64,000 nucleotides of DNA, from the NCBI RefSeq assembly GCF_009914755.1, contig NC_060936.1; one strand, 5' to 3'. The notes under the pieces are model-generated. The model searched no databases. It was not told where the DNA came from and saw only the letters and a list, made by a program, of their open reading frames with translations. The translations under genes and the position numbers were made by a program. Positions 1 through 14,335 of this stretch are shown here, one piece after another (position 1 is the stretch's first letter; every line of letters starts with the position of its first letter). The DNA comes from the human T2T-CHM13v2.0 reference genome, Homo sapiens.

Positions 1-499
1 AATAGGACTACAAAAAAGCTCTATCTCCAATGCAAGTTTTCTCACAATTGGTAGCAGATGAGGAGGTCAAAGAGGAGAAATCAACGGCTGGTTAGGTCAT
101 GCACATTTGGTAGCACAGACCATTGTTAAAAGCAAAAAGCAACATTATAGTATCTGGTGCCTGCTTGGGAAAATGAAGAGCAGGACAAGGTCATGTGTGT
201 TATCTTGCTGTCATCAAGACTACTACTCCCTCTTTTCTCTCTTTCCCTCCCATCTTAATGCTTCTCTACTTTACTCAGCTTTCATGGTTAAACTCAAATT
301 CCACTTCTTCCTTGAAAGCTGCCCTCCTGTCTCCATGTGAAAGCATCCTCCCTACAATATGACTGTATGTTTCTTCTGGTACTCAATGGGTTCTATACTA
401 TATAATAGCTAAGTAAGTACAAGTCCTAACTCTCCTACTTACTCTCAACTCTTAAAGGTCTGATTTCTGTTTGTATTAATTTTCTGTAAAACTTCATAC

Positions 500-693
500 A
501 AACCTGGGCAACATAGTGAATGAGACCCTGTCTCTATTAAAAAAAAAAAAAATTAGCCAGGCGTGGTGGCACGCACCTGTGGTCCCAACTACTCAGGAGG
601 CTGAGGCAAAAGGATCGCTTGAGTCAAAGAGGTTAAGACAGCAGTGAGCCATGTTCACACCACTGCACTTCACCCTCAGCGACTGAGTGAGAT
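500..693 (+). mobile_element. AluJ-type fragment (5'-truncated, no A tail)
   Basis: End of left arm, A-linker and right arm (aattagccaggcgtggtggc...ggatcgcttgag...gcagtgagccatg...gagtgaga); J-type diagnostics. Confidence 0.9.
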
Positions 694-1091
694 GTGCTCA
701 CATTCCATAGATTATTTTAACTTTCATCCCTGTTTCCCTATTTCTAGCATGCACTTCTATGATAGCATTAACAGTATTGTATTGTAAAATTTGATGATCG
801 TATCTCTCCCCAAGACTGTAAGCCCTTTTAGAGTAGCACCTACCTTAAAATAGTTGCTCTATAAATGGCAAGCAACTATTTTCTGAATGAATGGTCATTC
901 TCAGAAATTTGTAGTATATGTAGTATGTTTGTCTTTTGTCTAAAACAAAATGGATCCCTCCTCCAATGAAACTCTTCTATATTAGTATTAGATTAAGCAC
1001 TAGGTAATATCAAACTAACTTCAGCATTTTATAATAGCCCTGCTGTAAGGAAAGACAATGCATAATTGTCCTAGAGAATGAGGCCATTTTC

Positions 1092-1431
<340 letters not shown>

Positions 1432-2219
1432 TTAACCTTGTCCAAAGGACATAGGTCATCCAAAGAGGTTTGAATTTTAGGGTACTGCACAGAACCCAGA
1501 ATAGAAAAGAAGTGTGAAAACTGGCAAGACATTGCAATTTTCTACAAGTATGTAAAGCTCAAACTAAAAAAGAACATTTTTGAGAATTTTAAGAAGTATA
1601 TGTGAAGGATCCTCTGACATTAGTTTTAGTGAAGGAAGGGGCAGAGATAGACCAAGATCACTTTAGCAACCTATAATTTGGTTTAATTGATCGAGCAGGG
1701 AGAAAAAAGAAAGGAGAAAAAGAATAAGGAGATCGTGAAATTGAAAAATGTAAAATACTGTAACAGAAATTACTGTAGCTTTGCTTTGAGTAGTACTGGA
1801 AAAGTTTGTTATACTAGGAAATAGTCATATAAATGGAAAGATGGTTTTTCATGTCTTTTATGACTTGTTGTAAATGATTAATTAAATACTCTGAGTGTTT
1901 CATTAAATATATGCATTCCTTCCAAATTAAAGTGTGCAGAGACTCGTTATAAATAAATTCATTGGGTGAATGAAAGGAGCATTTACTTCTAAAGGAATAT
2001 TACTGGCAAATTTCATTCTTGACATTGATTAAATAAACTAAATTTATTTTAATGGCAATATGAGCAAATTACAAGGCTAATTAGTTTTCTACTTTAGTAT
2101 TTTTACATTATTTAATGCATTTATAAGTGATCCAACAATTTTAAGAATTTTACTACATAAAAAGCATTTTGTAATAAAATGTGAAAATGAAAGAATGAAT
2201 AAGACATGGTTCTCGCTTC

Positions 2220-2570
2220 ACTCATTTTCTACTTTCACGCTTCATGGAACAATTTTAAGTGTCTACTATGAGCAAACCCTTTTCCTGAATGTTGCAGGCA
2301 ATAGAAAGGAAAAATAAGACTTGTTTCTTCCCTCTAAAAGCTTGAAATGTCATGGCAAAAACATATGCACAAAATAACTTTAATGTAAGACAGACTTTGG
2401 TAAGTAAGTGCTAAAATAATAGAGGTACAAAGTGCTTGGGGAGTATAAGAAATGGAGGGATTAAGACTGATGGGGAGAGGATCAAGAAAGGCTTCTCGGA
2501 GGAGGAAGGGTTTGAGCTTGGCCTTGAGAGATGGCTGGAAATTTAACAGGAGGCTCTGGGCGGGGGAGGA
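2220..2570 (-). mobile_element. L2 3' fragment
   Basis: Antisense L2 3'-end motifs (aagtgtctactatg..., aaggcttctcggaggagg...tttgagcttggccttga). Confidence 0.6.
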
Positions 2571-3254
2571 GAAGAGAAAGGGGTTGTATGGTCTCTGGGT
2601 TGCAGGGTTGTTCTATAGCGGGGTTTTGGTGTTTCTCTGGACAATTTTCAACTGTCACATGGAAGAGATGTGTCACACAGAAAATACACAGAGCAACTAG
2701 AAACTGGTCTGAAAATACAGCCACGTGACTTCAGTGAAGAAACATATCAGGCCTGAAGTGTGGGCAACAACAGTGACAGGTATAATTAGACATTGAGCAG
2801 ATCAGTGTTTTTTGATTAATAAGCTTGTTCTTCCTATACATTAACTCATGGGCCTGAAAGGAACTTCAGGAAGTTACTTAGGTCACCCCTGACTATGTTT
2901 TTTTTTTTAATTATTATTATTCTTCCCTTAGCCTCAGCCCTATAATATGAGCTCTTCAAATGCTCAGACCCTTGGGCTCTGCATGAGGACCAATACAACT
3001 AATAAAATATAGTAGTGGCAGCAGTTGAAGCCGCCTTGTGATACCACTATTTTGTAGCCATATTAATAATATTGTGTGAGAATTGAGGCAAGGGTTTTGT
3101 GAGTCTTTCAGGGCTGCCCTTCTTTTAATAAGCCCCTGACAAGTTACAGCTTCTGCTTGGGGTAAAAGCTGATCACAGGACTTATGCACAATGGCTTCCA
3201 CCGCCTTGCCTTAACAATTTATCCCTATCTAGCTACCAATTAGAAGCCTAAAGT

Positions 3255-3465
3255 TATAGAATGCTAGCGCTGGAGTAGTTATTAGGATTAATCTAACCCA
3301 AGCCCTTTGTTTTTCATTTTACAATGGAGGAAAGAGAATCTTAGGGGAAGTGATATGCCTAAAGTCACACAGTTAATGATTGGCTTACCTGAACTAGAAC
3401 TAGAATGTAAATCTCTAAGTTTCCTAACTTTCAAATCAGTTTCTCTCTCCTGCAGCACACTGCCT
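3255..3465 (-). mobile_element. MIR
   Basis: MIR core cattttacaatggaggaaa...cctaaagtcacacagtta. Confidence 0.7.
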
Positions 3466-4171
3466 TTTTTATTTGCATCAACAGTGTATGTGTGTATGTG
3501 CATTAATATTTCTAAGAGTTTGGCTTAAAGCATTCAGTAGGTGCCCATAGAATAATGTATGTTAAGCCAGAGAAGTAAAATGCATTGGATCAAAACATTC
3601 TCACTTGGAAAAAACATTAGAATCCTGGGAATTTCTTGAAATGCAAGAAAGCTCAGCCTCCAGGACTTGCAGTGTAAACACTGTGGCTAATTTGTTGAAG
3701 TGAGATGCCATTGATGATTCTCCCTGCCTTGAGAGATGACAGGGCTCCTTCGCAGAAAAAGCTGATTGCTGTAGCAGATTGCTAGGGGAAGGCACATTGC
3801 AAAAAGTGATCAGGAAAAGACAAGACATGTTACCAAGACAGATCATTTTTCTTGAAGAGGAGTTAAAAAAAGACACTAAAAAGGAATTCCTCCCATAAAG
3901 TTTGTCTTTCAGAGAGCAACCATTTCTACAACTCCGTTCCTGCCTAAAGAAGCAGGCTGTAACCTGGAGCAAAGCTTGGAGAGGCTAGTACATCAGTTTT
4001 ACAGAAGCAGTTCTAAGAATAGTGAATATGGATAATACAGACAGCAACCCAGACACTTGATCCATGCGTTTGCTACGTAAAAGTTGGATGAGAATAACTT
4101 TCAACAAATTTACTTTCCAGTGACTTGTTATTTTTTAAATTGTATTCTTATTAATAAAAATGATACTTTGA

Positions 4172-4689
4172 TACTGGGTATGTAACCAAAGGAAAATAAA
4201 TCATTCTACCAAGAAGACACATACCCTTGTATGTTTATCACTGCACTATCCACAATAACAAAGACATTGGAATCAACCCAGGTGCCCATCACCGGTAGAT
4301 TGGATTAAGAAAATGTGGCACATATACACCATGAAATGCTACAAAGCCATACAAAAAGAATGAAATCATGTCCTTTTCAGCAACGTGGATGCAGTTGGAG
4401 ACCATAGTACTAAGTGAATTCACGAAGGAATAGAAAGCCAAATACCACATGTTCTCACTTACATTAGGAGCTAAACATTGAGAACATATGGACATAAAAT
4501 GGGAGCGATAGACACTAGGGACTACTGGGAGGGGGGCATGGGTTGAAAAACTACCTATCAGGCACTATGTTCACTACCTTGGTGATGGGGGCTGTACTCC
4601 AAACCTCAGCATGGTGCAATATTCACATGTAACAAACCTGCATGTGTACCCCCTGTATCTAAAATATAAACTGAAATTAGAAAAAAAAC
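4172..4689 (+). mobile_element. L1 3' end (old L1PA, ~PA15/16-like)
   Basis: ORF2 end and 3'UTR motifs (aagaaaatgtggcacatatacaccatg; aaacctcagcat...gtaacaaacctgcatgtgtacccc) plus A tail. Confidence 0.9.
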
Positions 4690-5462
4690 AGAAGCCAACA
4701 CCATGAGGTTTTCAGCTCCCCCATAATCTCCATAACCCTCTTTAGTCCTAAATAAACATAAATGTAAGTAAAAATAAATAAATAAAAAATAAAGATGACA
4801 CTGTTTCTCCACTTATTTTCTTATCAAAGAAAAATGGCCACAAGCCATTCTGTAGAATAAGCTGCCTTATAAGAGTTTTATCCTTTTGACGTGATTTGAT
4901 TTGAGGCTGTCCTTCTTTTCATTTGCTTTTAAATTCTATGTACAATAGAATAATTCAATTCCATGGGATATTTTTAAAATTCTTGTTTCCATCCATCAGT
5001 GAGTACTTTTCTTCTATTGCTATGAGATAATTTTTATTCTAATTCTACATGAAAATGGCAAATCAGATGTTAGAGCAGAAAGCTACCTTAGCAACCATCT
5101 GCTGCGATGTCCTCATGTTCTAGATGTAGGAATGTCCAGGGATTTCTTGATTTTTGGTGGCTCACCCAGGGGAAGACAGGGCATAAAATCTAGCTAGGAC
5201 ACACTTTCTGCTCCTACTCCTGTGCTCTTTCACTGCCAGACATTTCACCTTCATTAGAACAGCGACTTAAATCATGTTTGTCTTAGGAAATATACCTCAC
5301 TTTTCATATTTTAATGTGCTCACTTTCAAGGAAGCTTTAGAAAAACCATGAAATGCCTTTTATTTTTAACTTTAATTTTAATGAAAGGTGAAATTTTCTT
5401 TCTATATTAAATTCCAGGTAGGAGAGTTACTATTAATAAGTTAGTTATGTTTATTTGTGGCT

Positions 5463-5885
5463 ACATTAGTCAGATTTGGGCTATACTAATTCTGGGTAGC
5501 AAACAACTATGAAATCTTAGTGGGTTCAACAATAAAGTTTCACTTTTTGGCTAAGGATCTGTGCATTGGCAGGCTCTAGGTGAGTTCAGGTTTGCTCTAC
5601 CTAATTTCTCACTCTGGTAGCTGACTGGGACTTGCTTGTTTCATGGCAGATGGCAAATGCCCAAGAGCGCAAACCGGACCATGCAAGTGCCATGAAGCCT
5701 CTGTTCAGAACACATCTGCTCACATCCCATTGGCCAGAAAAAGTCACATGGCAAAGCCCAACGGCAGAGATGAATGCCTTGTCCGCTCTACAGAAGCACT
5801 GCAGTTATATGACAAGGCGTGTGGATGCAAATGCTTTTATAGGGTGAGCACGGAGAATTGAGCCTAGTATTCCAACCTACTACTT
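5463..5885 (-). mobile_element. MLT1-type MaLR LTR (old)
   Basis: tctgctcacatcccattggccag...agtcacatggc and terminal-like tacattagtcag. Confidence 0.7.
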
Positions 5886-6114
5886 GTGAAAATTAAAATA
5901 GAAAGAAATTGTTACTTTTCTCTAAAATTGGAAATTAAACTATTGAATTCTCCAAGATGCCTAGATTAAGACAAAGCTTTATTTAAAATTTAATTTTCTG
6001 AATGCCTTTGGTTTTCTTGTATAATCTAGTACAGTTTAGGTTATTTAGATACTCAGTAAATACTTGAGGGATTCATAAATGCTGTGTCCACTAAGTAACT
6101 ACTCCTTTTGTAAC

Positions 6115-6460
6115 ATTAGTTCATTCATCCATTAAGGACTATTTATTGAGTGCTACTATGTGCCAGGCACTACAGTATTTATAAGTGAGGGAAACACATC
6201 AATGTTCAGAAAATAAAAATGCTGCCTGTATGGAGCTTATGCTCTGACAACATATTTTTCTTTAAAAAGAAAAAATAGTAAGCAAAACATATTGTATGTT
6301 AGTATCTGATATACGCTTTATACAAAATCAGGCTAAAAGAATTAGGAGGACTAAGGTGGGGACAGTGACAGGCTACAGTTTTTCTGTAGTGTAAAAAAGG
6401 GGTACAGGGTAGATCTTACCAAAAGTTGACATTTGAGCAGAGACTTGAAGGAGGTGAGGG
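6115..6460 (-). mobile_element. L2 3' end
   Basis: ttcattcatcc...tatttattgagtgctactatgtgccaggcact...acatttgagcagagacttgaagga. Confidence 0.8.
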
Positions 6461-6834
6461 ATTTTTCCCTCTGTTCCACATGTAGCCATAGAGATTCACG
6501 AAGGGTCTGCAGCCAGAGAACATTTCAAGTATAACTCATGGAAAGGGGGTGGTGGAGGGGGCCCTAACAGGGCAGGGCTTGGGAACAGCCTCCACCCCCT
6601 GACACCCCAACCAGAGTACTCCCAATTTCAGCTGTTAGATTTAGCCCTAAGATTTCTTCTGAGGAATATCCTACCTTTAAAAAATAAATGAATAAATGCC
6701 TTAGAATACTATGCTAGTTTGTGAACTCATCCAAAGTCAAAGATCTGGCTTAAGATCTTGATTAAGAACATTGAAAAGTGTATTAATAAAATTTATTTAT
6801 TTATTAATAATGGCTCAATTTCTTAATAGTCAAC

Positions 6835-7715
6835 TGCCCCAGGGCTTAGTCTGAGCCCTCTCTCCTCCTTATATTTTTTCCTTAGATATTTTATTCAAGC
6901 CTTAAACACCATCTATATGCTAATGACTCCTAACTTTACATCAGTCCTGACTCTTCAACAGGACTCCAGACAGTTCCCCTTGGATATCTGATGAACAATC
7001 TCAAACTTAACATAATCGAAACAAAACTCAGGATTCTTCCTCCTCCATCACACCACTACCTTTTTAATTGTCCTTATCTCAGCAAATGGGGCCATCACTC
7101 CTCCTATTCCAGCACATGCATCTCCATGTCCAAAATATGTTGTATATCATCTCACTTCTGTCCACCTCCACTCTTGCCCAAGTCCCATTATCTCCTGTGA
7201 CAACTTCTCATCTGGTTTCTGTTTGACAATTGATTATTTATGATGTAATCAGTGATCTTTTAAAAATATATATCATGTCACTCCTCTCTAATGCTTTATA
7301 TGACAATGAGGATAAAATCCAAACTTCTTGCCATGGTCTACAAAACCCAGCATGATCTGGCCCATGAATATGCCCTGCATATGTCCCTGATCTCTTGCTG
7401 TTTTATTTGCCTAGAGAGCTTTCCTCCCCCACCGGTCATATTTTGAGATGGTTGGTCTCCACAAATGATCTGTGTCTCAACTTATATGTCCACTTTTCAA
7501 AGAAGTCTTCCCTGACCACCCAGTCATCTCTATCACATCACCTTTCATACTACTTATCACTGTCCCCAGTTATTTTGTTGATTTATTTGTTTACTTGATT
7601 ATTGTCTATCCTCGACCATAAGAATATAAGCCCCACTGCAACAGGGGTTTTGCTGACATATTCCAAGAACCTAGAACAATAACTGACATATAATAGGTGC
7701 TCAAAAAGGATCGAC
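6835..7715 (+). mobile_element. L2 (3' ~0.9 kb)
   Basis: accatctatatgctaatgactcc...ctcaaacttaac...taataggtgctcaa. Confidence 0.8.
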
Positions 7716-7964
7716 CAAATAAACGATGACTAGGATCAGTGCTTTTTCAGAGACTAGGTGTTATTAGGAAAGTGGAGAGGGTGCCATGGCATTGAGTGTT
7801 TGTGGAGGTGGTGGTATGGTGATAGGAATTTTTGGCTTCAAAGCAAGGCAAAAATGGAAAAGAAATGGAAAGTTAGAGAAACAAATTTTCCCTGCTGTGC
7901 AATTATAATTGAGTCTGGTCCCAGATTTTGGTCTTCTTCACAACTCAGGCCCATTTAATCTATT

Positions 7965-8380
7965 ACTGTATCTGCTAGGTTCTTTGATTGCAGACAAGAG
8001 AAACTCACCTCTAGACACTTAAGAAGAGAAGAAAAGAACAGAAAAAAAGGTTTAGAACTAACACATAGAACAGAGGTGAAAACACAAGTACCAGGTCTTA
8101 GTATAGGAACTTGAGTAGCTTCAAGGAAGTTGGGCCAGGAACAAATGGGACATTTTCCTGAGGCCACTGAGATTAGGATAAAAGAAGTGCACCAATTTTC
8201 ACTTTTTGGCACTTTGCCAAGTTTTAGTTCTGGGGCAAAAATGTCTGACATAGCTTGAGTCTTGAGCCTACCCAAGGATCCAGGCATGGAGTGAGCGCCC
8301 ACCACCATAAACCCAGTGGACTGTTATCAGAATAACAAGTAATGGATACTAGACAGGCAAATACAACAGCTTTCCACTCC
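7965..8380 (-). mobile_element. Old MLT1-type LTR fragment
   Basis: ggttctttgattgcagacaagagaaactcacctctag resembles an antisense MLT1 terminus. Confidence 0.5.
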
Positions 8381-8789
8381 ATTCCAGGAAATATCATGGG
8401 GTGAGGTGTTTCATTTTAGAGGGTTATAATCTAGTTTGCGAGGAAATAAAACTAGAGGTCGCTTATGTCAATGAAGGAAATGTATTATTACTGGGAAAAT
8501 AAGGCATCCTTCCTGTTAACCAACGAGAAAACTAACAGATTTATTCCTAGACATGCATTTTCTCTCCTGAGGCCCATTTTAAGGATAGTGTTTCTCATCT
8601 TCTGCAAACTGTCAGCTGGAACAGGACCTCTCCTACCTTCACAAGGGCATTGCTTATCGCTAACTGCAGAATTTCCTCTGTTCTCACCAAATTGCCAGAT
8701 TTTACTTGGCCAGCCACTAGGCCAACAAAATTAAGTGGTAAATTAAATAACTCTGACCATAAGCCTCCAGCAATTCACAACCAATTTCG

Positions 8790-8791
<2 letters not shown>

Positions 8792-8827
<36 letters not shown>
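8792..8827. repeat. (GT)18 microsatellite
   Basis: Direct reading. Confidence 0.97.
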
Positions 8828-8830
<3 letters not shown>

Positions 8831-9549
8831 GTGGGAGTGGGAGGCTGGGGAAAAGGTAGGGAAAAAAAGGAGAAGAAAACTTAAGGATAAGTCTCAACAA
8901 TGTAAAAGCAAAGAGGATATCTCTATGGTGAAAACATATTCTTTCCCCTAAAGCTTATGAATTAGGGGGCAATTTGCCTAGTTGGAGCTACATTTTGAAC
9001 TATGAGCTAGAATTTGAATTATAATTTTGAGTTATGATTGCTCACATAAAATTCATCTTTATGGCAATAGATATTAATTTATATACCTATTTATTTCTTT
9101 AACAAACATTCATTGTGTGCCGGCAGTGTTCTAAGCATGACTGAGGGAGATGGATGTGTTTCTTGCTCTCATGGGGCTGGCAGGGTAATGGTAGTCATGA
9201 GGCAGGTGAAATAAACAGCAGCTTGGAAGGATCCTCCTTGTTAGGGGATGAGTTGGGGTTGCCATTACCTTCTGTCGGAGAAAAAGAATATGAAGCCTTC
9301 AAAAATAAACTGGGCTTCAATGAGAGAGAATGCTATACTTGCTAATCAAGATGGAAGCATGCACCCAGAAAACGAAGGGTTCAGGACTAAGAGGAGTCAG
9401 AAGTTCCTATGAGACTGGCTGGGAACAAGGGCTGGGTGAGTGGCGAGAGAAGAGCAGCTCAGCGCAAATCCAAAGCCAGAGTCAGGGAGCATAGAAAAGA
9501 AGGAATCCTTCCTACAGGGATCTAGAGCTAAGTGGGACACAGCAGGAAC

Positions 9550-10490
9550 AGGGCCAGGTTTGATGGGCAAAATCCCATGTTCATGACCAAATTATAAATA
9601 CAAAATCAGGTTTGAAAGTGTGTGTTACTGTAGAAAGAGAAATCACAATCCATTACACATTTTTAAAAGCTGACAAATACCCCAAATCTGACAAAATCCA
9701 GAAAAAAATATAGCGGCTGCTCTAATTAACTGCCTGGCATACCCCTATTACTGCTTGATGCGCTTTTATACTTATTTTGCTAAATTTTTTTTGATTGTGC
9801 ATTTATTGGCCATTCACTTCTTTACAGGAAAATGACTTTGTAATGTAGTTATCTATACAGTGAACAGAACAATAATTCATTCTTTATTCTGGCATGAATG
9901 ATTACAACTTGGATTTTTTTTTTTGTAATTTTTGTTGGTGTTGACTAGGTATAGATCTAGTCACTCTACATATCTGAAGATTGGAAGAACTTTCACAGAC
10001 TAGCTTCTGGCTTTGTGTATTTCAAACCTTGTTTCTCCTCCCCAGTCCCTATACTCCTGGTCCCAGGCTGATATGGTACAAGATATATACTTACCATAGG
10101 ACTTCTGTTTATGCACCTTTGTGTCAGCAAAGTAGGTGGTAGGAATGTTGCTGGAAACCATTCGAACACTGAGAAGGATAGAAATAGCTTAATCCTACAC
10201 ACAAAAAAGTGCCTGTGAACCACAAAAGTACATCCCACTAGGCCTAAATTAAAGTAAACTTCCCCTTAGCTGTATGCTAAAAATGCCCATGGCCACTCCA
10301 GTACCACTGAATGTTAGGGAGAGTAAGACAGAGTGGAAGTTGAAGTAGAGAGACAGTGATCTTAACTGATTATAGTTAAATATTGCTTTTCACAAATTTT
10401 ATTATCCATGTGATCAGGTGAACACATTGCATGAGCCCCTCTGAGGGCCTTGGAAAATCACTGTGCAAGGGAAGGGCCTTGAAACTTGTC
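9550..10490. mobile_element. hAT-Tip100 DNA transposon relic (Zaphod/MER115-like)
   Basis: gtgaacacattgc...gcccctctgagggccttggaa...tgcaagggaagggccttgaa resembles the recalled Zaphod-family subterminus; aaaagctgacaaatac internal motif. Confidence 0.55.
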
Positions 10491-10743
10491 AGGCTCTGGA
10501 GCAGGCTTTGGTATTTAAGAAATCTCAGAATAAGACTTGGAAAGAAAAAAACAACAGCAACTCAGAATAACAAAAGGGAACTGTAATCCAAAGTGTTATG
10601 ATCTGAGAAAGAGGCCTGCTACCTAAAAGGGAGGAGAAATTAGTGACATTTTGGAAAGGTTCATAGAGTTCCCACCAGGGCCAAGATTAGCCAGAAGGCC
10701 TGCACTTGGACTCAACAGTGCATAGCATGTTCCCAGGAAACCC

Positions 10744-11198
10744 TGTATCAGTTATCTGTTGCTGCATAACAAATCACTCTAAAACATAAAGGATTAAAAC
10801 AACAATAAGCATGTATTATCACACACAGATGATACACATATTATACTTCTGAGGGTTAGGTTCTGGGAGTGGCTTAGCTGGGTGGCCCAGGCTCACTCTC
10901 ACATCTGGCAAGTTAGTGCTGGTTGTTGACCAGGTTCCTCACTACATGGACCACTCCACAGGGCTGCTTGAGTGTCCTTATAACATGGCAGCTGGCTTCC
11001 TCAAGAGTGAGGGATCCAAGAAGTAAGGTGGAAGCCTCAATGTCTTTCACCACCTAGTCTCAGAAATTTCACTGTCATTTCTGAAAAATTGTATTTGTTA
11101 CACTATTCAGCTCCATTCATTGTGTGAGCGGACAACACAAGGGTGTGAATACCAGGAGATGGGGATCAACAAAGGCCATCTTGGAGACTGGCTTCTGC
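10744..11198 (-). mobile_element. MLT1F/G-type MaLR LTR
   Basis: tgtatcagttatctgttgctgcataacaaatcact...gggtgtgaataccaggag...ggccatcttggagactggct. Confidence 0.85.
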
Positions 11199-11509
11199 TG
11201 ACCCTTTGCACTGTAATGTAGTTTAACTTTGTACAGCAGCAGACAAAAATATGGAAATACTGTTCTAGCAAAATATGGAAAAGACCTAAGATACCAGGAG
11301 CTTGTGTCTGTGTGGTTGGGTGTTGCTGGGGGTGGTCAGGGGGAGGTCTCCAAAGATAGCCCTTGGCAGAATTCTGACTTACGAGAGGCAAAGAAATAGA
11401 AAGAGAACCTTTATTTCATAGATGAGCATCTTGGACATAGAAAAGGAAAGTGAATATTCCAAGGCCACATTGCCAGTCAGATTCAGAGGTGGCAGAAGCT
11501 TGACTACTC

Positions 11510-11710
11510 CTAACAATGATAATTTAAGTACTAGAGTATTTTCCTCCATACCAGGTACTGGCCTACATTTTCTGTGTATATCATCTCATGTAATATTTAC
11601 TATAGCTAAGGAAGTGAAGGCACCAAGAGGTCTAGCAAATTGCTCATGGTCATGTAGTTAGTCATGGTAGAACTGGCATCTCAACCAAATTCTGTCTTGT
11701 GTCCAAACCC
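11510..11710 (-). mobile_element. MIR
   Basis: Diverged MIR core (aaggaagtgaaggcac...tgctcatggtcatgtagttagt). Confidence 0.55.
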
Positions 11711-12104
11711 CCTTTCTCCACCTCCACATCCCACTCCTTCCAAACCTTCCATTCTTTTAAGCCTGCCAAGTTATCTCCTTTCTATAATCCTTCACCCTAT
11801 CTTCCCTGACATGCCTCATTCCCATGGAGAAGTCTTCTGTTTGGGGATAGCCTAAGGGGCCCTGCTTTATCAGAACTCCCAAACACCTTACAAATTACTC
11901 AACATAAGTATGAACACAGTGAAAACATAAGTAGAATCCAGAAGTAAAAAGTTCTAAACATTTCAGGCAAACAATACCAACATGTGTGTAATATACGGAA
12001 GTTTAGCTTTAAGTTTTCAGAGCAAAACTTTGAAGGAGGCTCCTCTCCAAAACAAGACCCCCACCCCAAGCCAAGTATTCTAACACCTAACAGCCAAAAC
12101 TGAT

Positions 12105-12300
12105 GGAGCACTACGTGCTTGCCATTGTTTTATGTGCTCTACCTCTACTGACAAATTCTAACTTTTATAATAGCCTCATAAGGTAGATGTACCATTATTA
12201 TCTCCATTCTCCATTTTTATGCAATTTATCTGCAAGGTTACACACTAGGCAAGTGGTAGTTCTGGGATTTGGACAAAGTCTGGGTCGAGAATTCACGCTT
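12105..12300 (-). mobile_element. MIR
   Basis: gagcactacgtgc...aggtagatgtaccattattatctccatt...caaggttacacactag. Confidence 0.65.
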
Positions 12301-12394
12301 GTGTGCAGTCTGCTCATCTTTGTCTTTTTTCTTTCAAGTCTGCTGTTGCCCTGGAGGTGCTGTCAGTGGAGTCTAAGATTTGGTTCCCTTGTTT

Positions 12395-12770
12395 GTCAAT
12401 ATTCATCAATCAGAATTCTTGAGCATCTGTCACGGTGAGGCACTGTGCTAAGCACTCAGCATAAATTGACTGAAGAAAACAGACACAGTCCCTGCCTTCC
12501 CTGAGTGTGCATTCTAGTGGGAGCAACAGACCTTAAATGAGGTAATAAATAAATTTATTTAAAGTTAACAACTCAACAAATAAGGATAGCTTAAAATTAT
12601 AAGAAATGTTATGAAAGTAAAACACAGTATGCTCTCATAGATGATCCCAGGAGGATCTATTTAGACATGGTTCGGTCAGTGAAGTCTGATAGCAAATTTA
12701 AGCTGATACTAAAAGAATGAAAAGCTTTAAAATGAGATAAAGGAAGAGGCATTTCAGTTAAACATGGAAG
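12395..12770 (-). mobile_element. L2 3' end
   Basis: aggcactgtgctaagcact...acagacacagtccctgcc...attctagtggg. Confidence 0.75.
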
Positions 12771-13489
12771 ACACAAGACATTCTTTCTTAACCTTTCCAC
12801 AGACCTTTCTAAAATTGAGTATAAAAGGAACTAATGAGATAGAAACTCAGAAGGACAAAGACAACAGGTGATGAGAGAGAGAATTGTGACTGCAAAGAGT
12901 GAACATATTTTTGGAAGATAAAAAGTGGAAGGAGGAGTGAGCAAAAGTAAGAATGCTGTATACCAAGTGTGAGCAAACTGGATGCCAATGTCAAAGGAGC
13001 CAAGTCACAGCATCTAACCCCCCTAGTAAGTCTCAGCCATTGATGGTGCCTGGTCTGTGGAAGATAAGGGTGGAGTTCTGGGGAGGAATGAGGAGAATGG
13101 TTTGAAAGTCAGTATAAAGCACATTTAAACCCCTGGACCCTCTCTTCCCTCTCCTCTACCCAGGTCCAGGCAAGTGTTCCTCCTCACCCTGCCAGGATGC
13201 CAGAATCTTACTATTCTGTGGAGAAGTTGAACTGGAGTGGCTCCACAACCAGGATGCCGGCCCCAGAAGAAGTGGAGGTGCAAAAGAAAAGGGTCTGAGC
13301 ACAAGTGTAGATATTGAAACATAAGATTTCTTCTCCTTCCGGGTGCGCCAACCTTATGGGTTTGGGTTATAATCCTGTGGTAGTATCATCTGACTTTTTA
13401 AAACTGTATTTTTTATTCCTTTTATAAAAATTTTACTCACACATACACATGCACACACACACGCACACATACATGTATTTTTTTTAAGA

Positions 13490-13820
13490 GAAGAGGAAAA
13501 GCGTTTCTTGCGGAGGAAACAGCCTGTGTGAAGATCCTAACCAGTGCATTCAGGGGAGTGGCAAAGAAGACCTGGCAGTGCAAGAGCAGCAGTAGGAGGA
13601 GGACATGGGGAGGATGAGGTTGGAGAGAGCGGGGTAAGAGGAGGACATGGGAAGATGAGGTTGGAGAGCGTGGGGCCAGATGCTGCGGGACCTTGAGGGC
13701 CATCTGAAAAGTCTGGGTTTTCTTTGAAATGTAGCCATGAAAGGTTTTTAAGCCATGGGTAACATGATCTTATTTAGGTTTAAAGAGTTACTCTAGTTGT
13801 ATAAAGAATAGTTTGTCACA
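13490..13820 (-). mobile_element. L2 fragment with internal 42-bp tandem duplication
   Basis: gaggaaacagcctgtgtgaag...gatgaggttggagag...aggtttttaagc...atgatc; duplication at 13596-13677. Confidence 0.7.
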
Positions 13821-13854
13821 TATTTAGCTGGGTCTTCGCATGAAAAATTATGTA

Positions 13855-14000
13855 TCCCAGTACTTTAGAGCGGAAAGGACCTTCAAGATCATTTAGTCCA
13901 ACCCTTTCTTTTAAAAGATAAGCAAACTAAGAAGCAGAAAATTTATGATTTGCCCAAGGTCACAGAGCTAATAACTATGTGAGGCTTTTAAACTAGGAGT
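13855..14000 (-). mobile_element. MIR
   Basis: ggaccttcaagatcatttagtccaaccc...tttgcccaaggtcacagagcta. Confidence 0.75.
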
Positions 14001-14059
14001 TGCAGGGTGATAGATTATACTTTTAAGAAATCTTTCTACTCTATATTTCCTTTGGCCAG

Positions 14060-14335
14060 AAGTGATGTCTCCCTTTTCTGAACTTTCATCTCACTTTATT
14101 TTTCTCTCCTATGGTGCTTACTCATTTATTACCTTGATCATAGTTCTTTGTGTTCTTGTCTTGTCTTATCTCCTTTATGAGACTATAAAAGCAATCCCTG
14201 GAGAGCAGGAAATATGGTCTTTACCTTACGTGTCTCTGTAGGACATTGCCTGTAGTAGGTGTTCAGTCAATGTTTGTTAAGTAAACAGATCAATGGACAG
14301 GTGATACGTGAGTGAATGAATGAATGAATGAATGA
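14060..14335 (+). mobile_element. L2 3' end with (TGAA)n tail
   Basis: gactataaaagc...gagagcagg...gtagtaggtgttcagtcaatgtttgtt...tgaatgaatgaa. Confidence 0.7.

Noticed and set aside
6465-6700. Possible small hAT-Charlie element
   Set aside because: Only vague motif similarity and no clear TIRs.
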